Positions 14,401 to 28,487 of a stretch of 64,000 bases of DNA are shown piece after piece (positions within the stretch are counted from its first letter, which is position 1; the number at the start of each line of letters is the position of its first letter). The position numbers and the translations under genes were made by a program. The stretch is from the human T2T-CHM13v2.0 reference genome, Homo sapiens, in the NCBI RefSeq assembly GCF_009914755.1, contig NC_060931.1, one strand, 5' to 3'. The notes under the pieces are model-generated. The model was not told the origin of the DNA and did not search any database. It worked only from the letters and a program-made list of their open reading frames with translations.

Positions 14401-14703
14401 CCAGGGCAGAAGCTATGGTGTGGGTCCCCAGGGCACCCAAGACTTCCCAGCAAGCAGGGGTGGCCAGGCTAGGGCCCCAGGAGTGGGCAGCAGACCACGG
14501 GGTGCTCAGGTCAGAGCAGCCCCATCTGTTGGGCAAGACTACCCTGCAGAGATCAGGTCCAGCAGTTTCCCTAGGGCTAAAGTCTGCTATGGGAGCAAGT
14601 TGAGCCTAGAGGGATGGCTGTCCCTGGCTGTGCTCCACTACTGATGCTACTGCATCAAACCTTCTGGGCTCCACATCAGCTGTCTTGCTGGCCCTACCAC
14701 TTC
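8488..14703 (-). mobile_element. Near full-length, inactivated LINE-1 (L1PA12/13-like)
   Basis: Minus-strand ORF fragments match L1 ORF2 ([18 protein letters not shown]..., [30 protein letters not shown]). An ORF1 region lies at ~12650-13650, a GC-richer 5' UTR at 13750-14700 and an L1PA13-type 3' UTR at 8490-8750. There are many stops and frameshifts. Confidence 0.93.
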
Positions 14704-17138
14704 ACAGAGATATGAAGACGGTGGATTTATTTTACCAGTAGAAATGTCACATGAAATATATAGGAAAGCTTGTATTTACTGAGACATAGTTTCAGACATT
14801 GTGGCAGTCTATAGCTAACTACTTTTCTACGTATCTGGTGAGAACAAAGATGTTCTACTTAAATAGAATAGAATGATCAAACTCAGGAAATCTGGCATTG
14901 AATATGGATGGTATATTTAATATATGATATGTATTCATATATTCCCAATAATAACAATAGTTTTCTTTATAGCTTGTATTTTTAAAGTAATTTTATATTT
15001 TATTTTAGGTTCAGGGAGTATATGTGCATGTTCATTACATGAGTATATTGTGTGATGTCGATATTTGGGATATGAATGATCCTGTAACCCAGATAGTATG
15101 CATAGTACTCAACACTTAGTTTATCATTTCTTGCCTCCTTTCTTCCTCCCCACTCTCTAAGTCCCCAATGTCTATTGTTACCATCTTTATGTTCATGAGT
15201 ACCCAGTGTTTAGCTCCTACTTATAAATGAGAACATGTGATATTTGGTATTCTGTTAATGCATTAATTTTCTTAGTATAATGGCTTCCAGCTGCATCCAT
15301 GTTGCTGCAAATGTCATGATCTCATTCTTTTTATGGCTCTGTAGTATTCCATGGTGTATACATACCACATTTCCTTTATCTAAACCACCAGTGATGGGCA
15401 CCTAAGTTCAGTCTTTATCTTTGCTATTGTGAATTACACTACAGTGAATGTACACACTGTATATCTTTTTGGTAGAACAATTTACTCTCCTTTGTATATA
15501 TACCCAGTAAGGGAATTGCTGGGTCAAATGGTAGCCCTGCTTAATGTTCCTTAAGAAATCTCCAAACTGCTTTTCACAGTAGCTGAACTAATATATACCC
15601 ACCTACAGTGTATAAACATTCCCTTTTATCTACAACCTTACTAGAATCTGTTATCTTTTGACTTTTTCTGGTAACCACTCTGACTTGTGTGAGATGATAT
15701 CTTATTGTGGTTTTGATTTACATTTCTCCGATGATTAGTGTTTATGAGCATTTTTTCATGTCTTTGTTGGCCACTTGTATGTCTACTTTTGAGAAGTGTC
15801 TGCCCATGTGTTGCCAATTTTTTAATGAGTTTATTTGTTTTTTGCTTGTTGAATTGTTAAAGTTCTTTATAGATTCTGGATATTAGGCTTTTGTTGAATG
15901 TGTAGTTTGTGAATATTTCCTCCCATTCAGTAGATTGTCGCTTTAACCCTATTGATAATATCTTTTGCTGTGCAGAAGCTCTTTAGTTTAATTAGGTCTA
16001 ACTTCTCATTTGTTTCTGTTTTTGTTGCAATGGCTTTTGAGGACTTACTCATAAATTATGTACCAAGGCCCATGTCCAGAATGGTGTTTCCTGGTTTTCT
16101 TCTGGAATTCTAGAAGATTTAGACTTATATCTAAATCTTTGATCCATCTTGAGTTAATATTATATATGGTGAAAGGTAGAGGTCTAGTTTCATTCTTCTG
16201 AATGTAGCTAACCAGCTATCCCAGTATCGTTTATTGAATAGAGAATCCTTTCTCTATTGCTTATTTTTGTCAACTTTATCAAAGATCAGATGTCTATAGG
16301 TGTGTGGCTTTACTTGGGGGTTCTCTATTCTGTTCCATTTGGTCTAGGTGTCTGTTTATATAACAGTAACATTTGGTTTGGGTTACTGTAGCTTTACAGC
16401 ACAGTTTGAAGTTGGGTAATGTGATGCCCCTGGAGTTACTCTTTTTGCTTGCGATGCTTTGGCTATTGAGGCTCTTTTTTGATTCCATATGAATTTTAAA
16501 ATAGCTTTTTCTAATTCTGCAAAAAATGACATTGGTAATTTGATAGGAATACCAATTAATCAGCAAATTACTTTGGGCAGTATCTCCATTTTAATAATAT
16601 TGCTTTTTCCAATCCATAAGGATGGAATGTTTTTCCATTTGTTTATGTCACCTATTATTAATTTCAGCAGTGTTTTGTAGTTCTCCTTGTAGAGATATGT
16701 TATTTCACCTCCTTGATTAGATGAATTCCTAGGTGTTTTATTTATTTTGTTGCTATTGTAAATGTAATTGCATTCTTGATTTGGCTCTCACTTGAAGATT
16801 ATTGGTATATAGAAATGTTACTATTTTTTGTACATTGATTTTTTGTATCCTGAAACTTTACTGAAGTATGTTTTCTGTTCCAGGAGCCTTTGGTGGAGTC
16901 TTTAAGATTTTATAGGTATAGTATCATATTGTTCATGAAGGGAGATAGTTTGACTTCTTCTTCTCCTATTTTGATGCCCTGTATTTCTTTATCTTGTCTG
17001 ATTGCCCTGGCAAGAAATTCCAGTACTATGTTGAATAGGAATGAGGACAGTGGGCATCCTTGTCTTGTTCCAGTTCTCAAGGAAAATGCCTCCAGCTTTT
17101 GCTCATCCAGTATGACATTGGCTGTGGGTCTGTTATAG

Positions 17139-17515
<377 letters not shown>

Positions 17516-20500
17516 GTGTTATTGGATTTTATCAAAGGCTTTTCCCACATCTGTTGAGATAATTATATGATTTTTGTTTTTAATTATGTTTATGTGATTA
17601 ATCACATTTATTGACTTACATCTGTTGAATGTACCTTACATCCCAAGAATGAAGCCTACTTGATTGTGGTAAATAGCTTTTTATGTGCTACTGGATTGGG
17701 TTTGCTAGTATTTTGTTGAGGGTTTTTGCATCTATGATCATCAGGAATATTGGTTTTGTTTTTGTGTTTGTTTGTTTGTTTGTTATGTTTTTCATTGTTT
17801 CTTTGCCAGGATTTGGTATAGGGGTGATGATGGTTTCATAGAATGAGACAATGAGTTAGGGAGGAATCTGTCCTCCTTGATTTTTTGGAATAGTTTCATT
17901 AGAATTTGTACCCACTCTTTTTTTGTATATCAAGTATAATTCAGCTATGAATCTGTCTGGTCCAAGGCTGTTTTTGGTTGGTAGGATTTTTCTTACTGAC
18001 TCAATTTCAGAACTCAATATTAGTCTGTTCAGAGTTTCAGTTTATTCCTGGTTCAATATGGAAAGATTGTGTGTTTCTAGGAATTTATTCATTTTTTCTA
18101 GGTTATCGTGTTTATGTGCATAGAGTTACTTATAATAGTCTTAGAGGATCTAATGTATTTTTGTGGGATTGGTTTTAATGTCCTCTGTGTTGTTTCTGCT
18201 TATGCTTATTTGGATCTTCTCTCTTTTTTCTTTGTTAATCTAGCTAGTGGTCTATTAATCTTGTTTCCTTTCAAAGGACAGACTTTTGGATTTATTGATT
18301 CTTTGTATGGATTTTTGAGTCTCAATTTCATTCACTTCCACTCTGATTTTAGTTATTTCTTTTCTTATAGCTTTGGAGTTTGTCTTTGTTTTTCTAGTTC
18401 CTCTAAGTGTGAAGTTAGATTGTTAATTTGAGATCTTTCTAACTTTTTGAGGTAAGCATTTAGTGGAAAAGCATAAACTTTTCTCTTAACACTGCTTTTC
18501 CTGTACCTGGGAGACATTGGTATGTTGTATGTCTATTTTCATTTATTTTAAAGAACTTTTTGATCTCTGCCTTAATTTTATTTTTAACCAAAAGTCATTC
18601 AGGAGCAAGTTGTTTAATTTCTATGAAATTGTGCTATTTTTGGAGATGTTCTAGGTACTGATTTCTATTTTTATTCCACTATGGTTTGAGAATATGGTTG
18701 GTATAATTTCAATATTTTTGAATTTATTGAAACTTTATGGCTGAGCATGTGGTCAGTCTTGGAGTATGTTCTGTATACAAATGTATATTCTGTAAATGTA
18801 TATTATGTGGTTGTTGGGTGTAGTGTTCTGTAGATGTCTATTGGGTCCAATTGGCCATCTAATTAAGTCCAGAATTTATTTGTGAGTTTTCTGCTTCAAT
18901 GAACTACCTAATACTGCCAGTGGGGTGTTGATGTTCCCCCACTATTATTGTATGTCTGTCTAAGTCTTTTCCTAAGTCCAGAAGTACTCGTTTTATGAAT
19001 CTGCGTGCTCCAATGTTGGGTGTGTCTATATTTACAATAGTCAAGTCTTCTGGTTGAATTGAATCTTTTATCATTATTTAATGCCCTTCCTTCTCCTTTG
19101 TTGGTTTAAAGTCTCTTTTATCTAACATAATAATAGTGACCCCTGCTCTTTTCTGTTCTCCGTTTATGTGATAGATCTTTCTCCAATCATTTTGTCCTGC
19201 ATGTGTGTCCTTACCTGTAAGGTGGGGCTCTTAGAGACAGAAGACAGATAGGTCTTTTTTTTTTTTTTTTTTTTTTTTTATCCAATTTGAAACTCTGCCT
19301 GTAAATGGGGCCTTTAGACCATTTACATTCAAGGTTAATATTGATATGTGACATTTTGATCCTATTGTGAAGTTGTTAGCTGGTTGCTTTGTAGTTTCTA
19401 TTGTGCGGTTGCTTTATAGGGTCTACGGACTATGTACTTAAGTGTGTTTTATGGTAGCAAGTATCATTCTTTCATATACATGTTTAGAACTTCCCTAAGG
19501 AGGGCTGGTCTAATGGTAATAAATTCCCTTATTGCTTGCTTCTCTGGAAAATATTTTATTTTTCCTTTGCTTATGAGGCTTAGTTTAGTGGGATATGTAA
19601 TTCTCAGTTGGAATGTATTTTCTTTAAGAATGCTGAAAATAGACCTCAATCTCTCCTGACTTGTAAGATTTCTGCTGATAACTCTGCTGTTAGCCTGATA
19701 ACATTCCCTTTGTACATTTCTGACCTTTTTCTTTAGTTGCCTTTAAGATTTCTTTCTTTATCATTGACCTTGGATAGTTTGATGACTTTATGCCTTGCTG
19801 TTGTTCGTTTCATACAGTATCTCACAGGTGTTCTTTGGATTTATTGTATCTGAATGTCAACATCTCTAGCAAGATTAGGGAAATTTTCTTGAAGTATTTC
19901 CTAAAATATGTTTTTGAAATTGTTTTTTCTCCTCTCTCAGGATTGCCAACACTTTATAGGCTTGGTCACTTTATAGAATCTCATATTTCTTGAAGACTTT
20001 TCATTTTTTTAATGCTTTATTCTTATTCTTTTTTTTTGTCTGACTGAATTAGTTTGAAAGACGTGCCTTCAAGCTCTGAAATACTTTCTTCTGCTTTGTC
20101 CACTCTATTGATAACAGTTTCACTGATATTTTGAAATTCCTTAAATGAGTTTTTCTATTCCAAAATCTCCAATTGCTTTTTTTTAAAGCTATATATCAGT
20201 TTATTCATTTCCTGATGGAGACCTAGTATGATCCTTTTTTTTTTTTCAGGTATTACATGGTGCCACAATTCTTGCACTGGTTCCTTTTCATCTGGATATG
20301 CTGGCCCTTCTAATTTTGGTAATTATTTTTGTGCGAGGAGAATTTGTTTCTTTCAGTATATTTTTTCCTTTACCTTTCACCCCACCCCCTCCCTTGGGGG
20401 TGTGACCTTAGAGAACGTTGATTAGAGTTTTTTGGCTTTGCTTTTATAGCCTTATTCAGGTTTTTCAGCAGGTTTTATATTAGGCTGTATGGTTCAACCT

Positions 20501-20869
20501 GCAAGTCAATATATAACATTTATGGGTAATAGCCAGCTGAAGCCAACATGGCTAGGTATGTACTTGATTCTTGTTTACCAGGTAGAACTATCTGTTGTCT
20601 CAGGCCACAGGCTGATCTGTGGTTTGCACAGAAGTCTGAGCTCCCTGTTCAGCCCAAGGGAGTGGGGCTCAAGATGGCAAGGGTTAGACCGGGCAGGACC
20701 ACCTACATATTCCCTCATGGCAAGCACAAGCACCAGTGCTGAGAGAGAATCCAGTGGGTGTGCTACCAATCACTCAGAATTATGTCTAGGCATAGAGCTG
20801 GGCAACCTACTTAGTTTTCAGTTCTTTGCACAGGTAGTTGGGTGGCCTAAACTGCTATTCCAGGAGGGT

Positions 20870-21765
20870 AGGCACTCTAGATGCCTGGAGATCTGCCTGA
20901 GGGTGGAGTGCAGAGGGCCACAGTGCATCAAAATCTCTGCACAGAAAAAATAGGTGGCACAGGCTACTCATTCAGGCAGGTGGGTGCTCTGAATCACTAG
21001 AGATCTGCCTGGGCATGGAGTAGAAAAGGCCCTGGTGCACCGCAGTTTCTATGCAGGAAAGGTAGCGCAGCTCAGGCTGTGAATCTTGTGAGCAGGTGCT
21101 CTGAATGCCTGGAGATCTGCAAGGGCGTGAAGAAGAGAAGGCCCCTCTCCCAACCCTGGCGCCAGGATCTCTGCACAGGAATTGTGGGGCAAGCTGGTCC
21201 TTTGAATACCCAAAGATCTGCCTGGGCATGAAGCAGATTGGACCAAACTGCACAATGATCTGTGCACTGGAAGGGTGGGGCTGCTTATCCAGGTGAGCAG
21301 GTACTCTGAATGTCTGGAGATCTGCAAGGGCATGAAGAAGAGAGGGACCCTCACCCCACCCTGGATCCAGGATCTCTGCACAGGAATTGTAGGGCAAGCC
21401 AGTCCTTTGAATGCCTGAAGATTTGCCTGGGCATGGAGCGGAGTGGACCCCACTGCACAATGATCTATGCACAGGAAGAGTGGGGTGGCTCCAGCTGCTT
21501 ATCCAAGTAAGCAGATACTCTGCATGCCTGGAGATCTGCCTGGCCATGGAGCAGAAAGGGCTCTACCACACCATGATATATGTCTAGGATGGGTGGAGTG
21601 GCTAAGGCTGCTGAACTAGGAAAGTAGTTGCTCTGAATGCCTGGATATCTTCCTGGTCATGTAGTGGAGAGCACCCCACTGCACCACAATGTATGCACAC
21701 GAAGAGTGGGGTGGCTCAGGCTGCTGATCCAGGTGAGAGTGTGCTGCCAATGCCTAGAGATCTCC
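20870..21765 (-). repeat. Tandem array of ~101-113-bp monomers in the L1 5' UTR
   Basis: The core gaatgcctggAGATCTgcc recurs with the agatct-like anchor at 20889, 21001, 21113, 21214, 21318, 21419, 21532, 21645 and 21758. Confidence 0.92.
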
Positions 21766-21964
21766 TTTTATCACCTGGATACCATCACAGGGGCTCTTTG
21801 TCCCTGTTGTTCTCCCTGAGATCTGGGATATCTTCATGATTCTGGTGGATTCGTGTCTTTCTTCTTAAATTAAAACTCAAAAGTTGATCTTCATGTACAA
21901 TCTTGTTATTTCCAACTGGCTGAGACACACAAAAAGTCTTGACTCCACCATTTTTTAGGGAAAA

Positions 21965-23870
21965 GCTGTTTTTCATTTAATTCAATGACCACTCAAGAAT
22001 CATGCATTTTATTTGTGATGTCTGTAATCTTCTATAATCTAGAAGACATCAGCATTTTTTATGTCTTTCTTGAAACTGATATTTTTGAAGAATCAAGGTC
22101 AGATTGACACATATTTTGGCCTTGTTAGGTAATTTCCTAGTAAGCAGAAACATTTTTGGCAGAAATTTTATGTTAGTAATATTTGGTCTTTCCCAATTTA
22201 TCACATTGGGAGTACATGATATCACTCTTCGCCATAACTGTTTATGTTAAGTTTGATTAGTTAAGATACGATTTCTTCATGGTAAAGATTTACTTAGCAT
22301 TTTATAATTGATAAATACAGTTTCTTCAACGTTTATTAGTCTGTCTTCTTTAAAAAATCATTTACTCAAATTTTCCCTTCCCAATTCATCTATTTTAAAA
22401 TCAGTATCGATTTGTAGATTTTTTGTGTGTGTAATTCTATTTCTGTAAGTATTTATTTTGAAGCAAAAAATTGTCCCAAATTTGGCCAGTGAAAGACTCT
22501 TAATGCCGGTTTCCTCAGGATATGTCTCTGTTAGTTCTCCAGGTTCTTCTTATTTCCTGGCACAACGGGATAGTTGAGGGTCACACTATAACCTTCCTGC
22601 TCTCGATCTGGAATCAGCCTTTTCTCCAAGGAGCTCTTGTTCCTTTTAGTGTAAAATGATATGTCAAAAGTGATATTGGTAAGCTAGGAATTATTATTGC
22701 TACTAGGGTGCCATTTTGTTAGATCCTTTTTGTAGACAGATACTCCCAATTCCAATTCTAGCACCACAATATGTTTCTTCTTTTTCTCCTATTCCATAAT
22801 TGTATTTTTTCTTCTACAGCAAAAAAATCCTAATATATTAACAATATCAATATATAATAACTTATTTTCTCAATTCTACAATAAATACAAAATAGTGTTG
22901 GAATTTCTGTGTTAGTACCACTGCAAATAATAAACCTAATAAGGAAAGCTCAAGATACCTTAATGTTTTTTGTCCTTAGAATATATACCATTGGAATTAT
23001 ACAGTTAAATTATCATATGAAAAACTTATTTGGATAAATTTTAGTCTTTCTATCTAAGTGAATATGTTATCTCCTTGATACATAGTTATAGGCCGTTTCT
23101 GTTTATATTGAATTTTAGGATTTCTTCCCTTTGTTGAAATAGTTTTATTTTTTGCTTATGTAAAATATTAACATGTTTCAAAATCCAATTTCCTTCCCAA
23201 TCTCTTTCTCTGGATTCTTAATCACTTCTTGTAAGTAAACAATTTTATCAGTGGCTAATTTATCCTTACTGCATGTCTTCTTGAAAAATGAGCATACAGT
23301 GATGATAGATATCTAGAAGTAAATATGCAGACATACATATGAGCTTGTGTTCACACAAAAGGTAGTGTTCAATAGATGCCCTTTCCCTGTTGCTTCTGTT
23401 TATCTAATGTATACATCCTATGAAATTTCTCAATATCAGTTCATAGACATATTCCTCACTTTTTAAATAATGTATTAGCCTTCCATTATAGGAAATTACC
23501 ATAGTTTATTCTATCATTCCCATATATATAGACTTTTAGTTCATTTTCAATATTTTTATATTGTAAGTAATGCTGCCATGAATAAGCTTCAACATATGTT
23601 TTTGTATTTGGGAGGATATATCATCAGGTTAAGTTACTAAACATGGAATTGCTGGACAAAAACTAAATATGAACATCTTTTCATATGTTTGAGTTATTTA
23701 CATATAACTCCTTGTGAATTTTGTCTTTATGTGCTTTGCTCAGTTTTCTAATGGATTTTGGCCCTTTTATCTCTAAATTTTTGAAGAGTCCTTTACCATT
23801 TATAGTGGTTCTGAGAGTAAATTTGCTATACCTTGGTATATTATAAGGTATGTCCAAGCAATGTGATATT
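21965..23870 (-). mobile_element. Old L1MC4/5-like 3' region (the target into which the L1PA16 appears to have inserted)
   Basis: Motifs include aaattgtcccaaatttggccagtg and ctggaatcagccttttctccaaggagctcttgttccttttagtg. A likely upstream continuation lies at ~14930-14975. Confidence 0.7.
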
Positions 23871-23919
23871 GAAAATAACTTAAATTTGCAGGTTATTTTT
23901 CTTCTTTTAAAATAAATGT

Positions 23920-26900
23920 GAGGATCCTGGGAAGATGGCAGAGTAGGAACAACCATGAATCTGTATCCCTACCTAGACAACAATTGCACTGGCAGTACCT
24001 GTCTGGTATAATTATTTTGAAACTCTGGAGCTATTGAAGTCTTGCAACTTTTAGGAGAAGGCTTGGATGGTAAAATGCAGTTAATTTTTATCAGTCTCAG
24101 CTGTTAGTATAATATAAGCTTCCTATCCCCCACCCCCAGCCAGGGGCAGCCAGCTGTGCACGCTTCTGTGAGCAACTTGCCACAGCTTGCAGGAGTAAGT
24201 GTGGGCAAAAAGCACCCTGTCTTTCAGTATTAGGGATTGGTGCTATGATCATCGATTGCTCCCTCTGATCACAGAGGTGCAAATAAAAAGGTGGATAACC
24301 ATTGTTATGGCACCATCCACCAGCAGTGAAAGTGCTTCTCCCTCAGCTATAGTGACTTCCAGAGTATTTAAACGGCTGGGGCCCTTTCCCCTCCTTCTTT
24401 TCATTTTTCTCTTTTCCCCCTTTTAGAAGTCAGATCTTAAAGACTAGGACACTCAAAAACAACTGCATATAGGAGAAAAATTGGAAAGTACTGAGCATGC
24501 TCAGGAAAAGGCACAAGCTCAAAAAGACTTGAGAAGACCTTAAGGGTCTCAGACTGATTCTCAGTACAGAGACAGTTTGCAAATATTTTTCTAAAATACA
24601 AAAACAATATAAAACAACAGCAAATAGCAAACCAGGAGAGAAGAATCGAATTTCCAGGTACCACATTATTAGATTCAAATATCCCATTTTCAACCAAACA
24701 ATCATAAGGCATATAAAAATTCAGGAAAGTAATACTTATTCAAAGGAAATGAATAAATCAGCAGAAACTGTCATTCAAAAGCACCCAATGACAGAACTAA
24801 CTTACATAAATTTTAAAACAACTGTCTTCAAGAGGTTCAAAGAACTAAAGGAAAATGTGGAAATATAGAACTTAAACAGCACAATAAACCAACTAGATGT
24901 AAAAGACATATGCAGAACACTCTCTTTAACAACATCATACACATTCTTTTCAAGTGCAGAGGGGACATTCTCCAGGCCAAAAGTTAAGTCACAGTATATT
25001 TCAAAATACCTGTCATACAAAGTATCTTCTCTGACCACAATAAGATAAACCTAGAAGTCAAAAACAGAAGTAAAACTGGAAACTTTACAAATTGTGAAAA
25101 TAAAACAGCAAACTCTTAAGCAACCAATGGATCAAAGAAAAACCATAAGGCACATAAGGAAATAGTTAAAGATGAATTAAAACACAACATACCAAAACTT
25201 AATAGGACTTAGTGAAAGCAGTACTAATGGAGAAATTTATAAATACTTACATTAAAAAAACAAGAAAGATCCTAAGTCAACAATTTAACTTTACACCTTA
25301 AGGAACTAGAAAAAGAGAACAAACTAAGCCCAGAGCTAGCAGAAGTAAGAAATAATAAAAAGTAGAACATAGATAAATGAAATAAATAATAGAAAAAATA
25401 GAATCACTAAAGCCAAAAGGTGGTTCTTTGAAAAGATGAATAGAGTCGACAAGCCTTTAACTAGCTAGACTAAGAAAAAGAGTTAAGAGGACTCAAATTA
25501 CTAAAATTAGAAATAAAAGTGCAGATGTTACTACTGATTCTACAGCACAATAAATGATTCTAGGAGAGTTCTATGAACAATTGCTTGTCAAAAAATTGGA
25601 TAACCTAGATGAAATGGACAAATTTTTAGAAACATAAAACCTGTAAAACTAAATCATCAAGAAATAAAATACCTGAATAAACTTCTATAGCGAGTAAGAA
25701 GATTGAATTAATATAAGTTCAGTAATCAAAAACTGTTATAAATGATAAATGAATTCAGCAAAATAGCAGGACAAAAAGTTAACATGCAAAAACTAGGTGC
25801 ATTAATATACACTAACATAACTAATATGAAAAGGAAATTATAAAATAATTCAATTTACAATCATTTCAGAAAGAATAAAATATTTAGGGATTAATCTAAC
25901 CAAGTAGGTGAAAGACGTGTACAATGAAAACTAGAAAACATTGGTAAAAGAAATTGTTGACATAAAAAAATGAAAACATCCCATGACCATAGATTGGAAG
26001 GCTTAATAGTGTTAAGATATCAATACTACCCAAAGAAATCTATAGATTCAATACAGTAATAAATTCCCAATAATGTTTATTTGTAAAAATAGAAAAACTC
26101 ATCTTAACATGTATATGAAATTTCAAAGGAAACTGGGTAGCCAAAATAGTCTTGAAAAAAAGAACAAAGCTGGAGAACTCACACTTTCTGATTTCAGAAC
26201 TTACTGCAAAGCTATGGTAATCAACACAGTATGGTGTAGGTACAAATACAGACTAGTGAAATGGAGAGCCCACAAATAAACCCTCACATATATTGTCAAA
26301 TGATTTTTGACATGACTGTCAAGAGCATCCACTGGGTAAAGGACAGTTTTCAATAAATGGTGCTGAGAAAACTGGATATTAACAAGCAAAGGAATAAAGT
26401 TGGAACTTTATATAACAACATATACAAAAATTAAATGGATCAAAAACATAAATATAAGACTAAAAGAAATAAAACTGTTAGAAGAAAACATAGAGCACAG
26501 GCTTTACAGCATTGGATTTGGCAATGATTTCTTGGATATGAGACCAAAGGCACAGGCAACAAAAGAAAAAATACACAAATTAAACTTCCTAAAAAAATAA
26601 TTTGTGCCTCGAAAGACACTATCAACAGAGTAAAAAGAAAACCCACAGAATGAAAGAAAATATTTGTAAATCATACATCTAAAGAATTAATATCCAGAAT
26701 ATGTAGAGAACTCCTAACATTCAATAACAACAACAACAATAACAAAATGCAAAAATGGGCAAAGTACTTGGGTACACATCTCTCCGAAGAAGATATGCAC
26801 ATGGCCTATAAGCACATAAAAAGATGCTCAAAATCACTAATCATTAGGGAAATGCAAATCAAAACTGCATTGAGATACCACCTCACACAGACTACAATGG

Positions 26901-27630
26901 CTACTATAAAAAATAGTAAAAATAAGTGTTGATGAGGATGTGGAGAAATTCGTACACTTGTGTAGTGCTGGTTGGAATGGAAAATAGTGTAGTTGCTGTG
27001 AAAAACAGTATAGTGAGTGGTTCTTCAAAAAATTATGAATAGAATTACCATATGATCCAGCATCTTCACTTCTGTGTATATACCTAAAAGAATTGAAAGC
27101 AGGGTCTTGAAAATACATTTGCATATCCATATTCATAGTAGCATAACTCACAATTGCAAAAATGTGGAAACAACCCTAGTGTCCTTCAGTGGATGAAAGA
27201 GTAAACAAATGTGGTATATCCATACAATGAAATGTTATTCAGCCTTTAAAAAAGTAACTTCTGCAATCTGCCATAATATGAATGAACCTTGAGGACATTA
27301 TGGCAGTGAAATAAGCAAGTCACAAAAAAGCAAATATTGTATGAGTCCACTTATATGAATTACCTGGAGTTGTCAAAATCATAGACATAGAAAGTAGAAT
27401 AGTGATTGTCAGGGATGAGGAAGAGGGAGAAATGGAGACTTATTATTTGATAGGTATAGAGTTTCAGTTTTACAAGATGAAAAGTGTTGTGGAGTTGGAT
27501 GGTGGTGATGGCTATACAACGATATGGATGTATTTAATATCACTGAACTGTACACTTACGAGTGATTAAGATGGTAAATTTTATATTATGTATATTTTAC
27601 CACAATATAAAAAATTAGAGAAAAAAAGAA
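23920..27630 (+). mobile_element. L1MB2/3-like element retaining both ends but internally deleted to ~3.7 kb
   Basis: The 5' terminus reads gggaagatggcagagtagg. ORF2 fragments are present (LEKKNKAGELTLSDFRTYCKAMV; [18 protein letters not shown]). The L1MB-type 3' end reads gtttcagttttacaagatgaaaag...cactgaactgtacactt...ttttaccacaat. Confidence 0.85.
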
Positions 27631-28058
27631 ATGGTGGGGAACAAAACTAAAAGAGGGCTTAAAATTAAATAAAGGAATATGATATGTATCTCTTCACAAA
27701 AAAGAGAAGCAAATATAAGATAATTTCCATAATAATATTATTCTTCATTGGTTGCTTTCCTATCTAGCTTGTTGGATAAAAAGGAATGAACAGGAGCTCA
27801 CCAGCCATCAGAGAATTGCAGCTAACCCTAGGTAAGCCTATTGGAACAAATCCTATGGTCAAAGATATATTTCTCATATAATGAGAAACAAAACTACAGT
27901 TGAACAGTTGTGTTAGAAATAATCCATGTAGCACTTTGAAATGTGTCCATTTATATTTGGTTTATATGACGCACCAGCCTCTACACAGTATTACAAATAT
28001 ACTGCTTATCAACGTCAAAGTGACTAGAATGACTAGAACACTGCCTCCATAGAAACTT

Positions 28059-28126
28059 TCTTTTTTTTATTATTATTATACTTTAAGTTTTAGGGTACAT
28101 GTGCATGGACACAGGAAGGGGAACAT
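28059..28126 (-). mobile_element. 68-bp 5'-inverted (twin-primed) young L1PA insertion with 11-bp TSD
   Basis: The TSD catagaaactt lies at 28048-28058 and 28127-28137. The antisense L1 3' terminus occupies 28059-28105, and a sense 3' UTR piece (catggacacaggaaggggaacatca) occupies 28104-28128. Confidence 0.93.
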
Positions 28127-28384
28127 CATAGAAACTTGCTGTCGTACCTCATTACAGTACAGATTATCTACCTTTACTTTCCTATAATTCCCTAGAGCAC
28201 ACCTCTCTCATTTTCCCTGTATTTTCTAAATTTATGGAATACATACAGCTTGGAAATCTTTATGATTATCAGTCTATTGTTCTAACTTTTAATTATCTGA
28301 ATCATAATATATGGGTTCTCTAATATATATTTTTATATTATACTGTATATATAATATTAGTAGCAGCAGCCAGCTTGCTTGCTT

Positions 28385-28487
28385 GTATCCTTCCTCCTTC
28401 CTTTTTTCTTTCCTTCCTCCCTCCTGACCTTCCTTACCTTCCTCCCTCTGTTCCTTCTTCCTCTTTTCCTCCCTCTCCCCCTTTCTT
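28385..28487. repeat. CT-rich low-complexity tract
   Basis: A (TTCC/CTC)-like pyrimidine run is visible in the sequence. Confidence 0.85.

Noticed and set aside
20870-21765. CRISPR-like regularly spaced repeats
   Set aside because: The intervening sequences are homologous to each other (tandem monomers), the array lies in an L1 5' UTR in primate DNA, and there are no cas genes.
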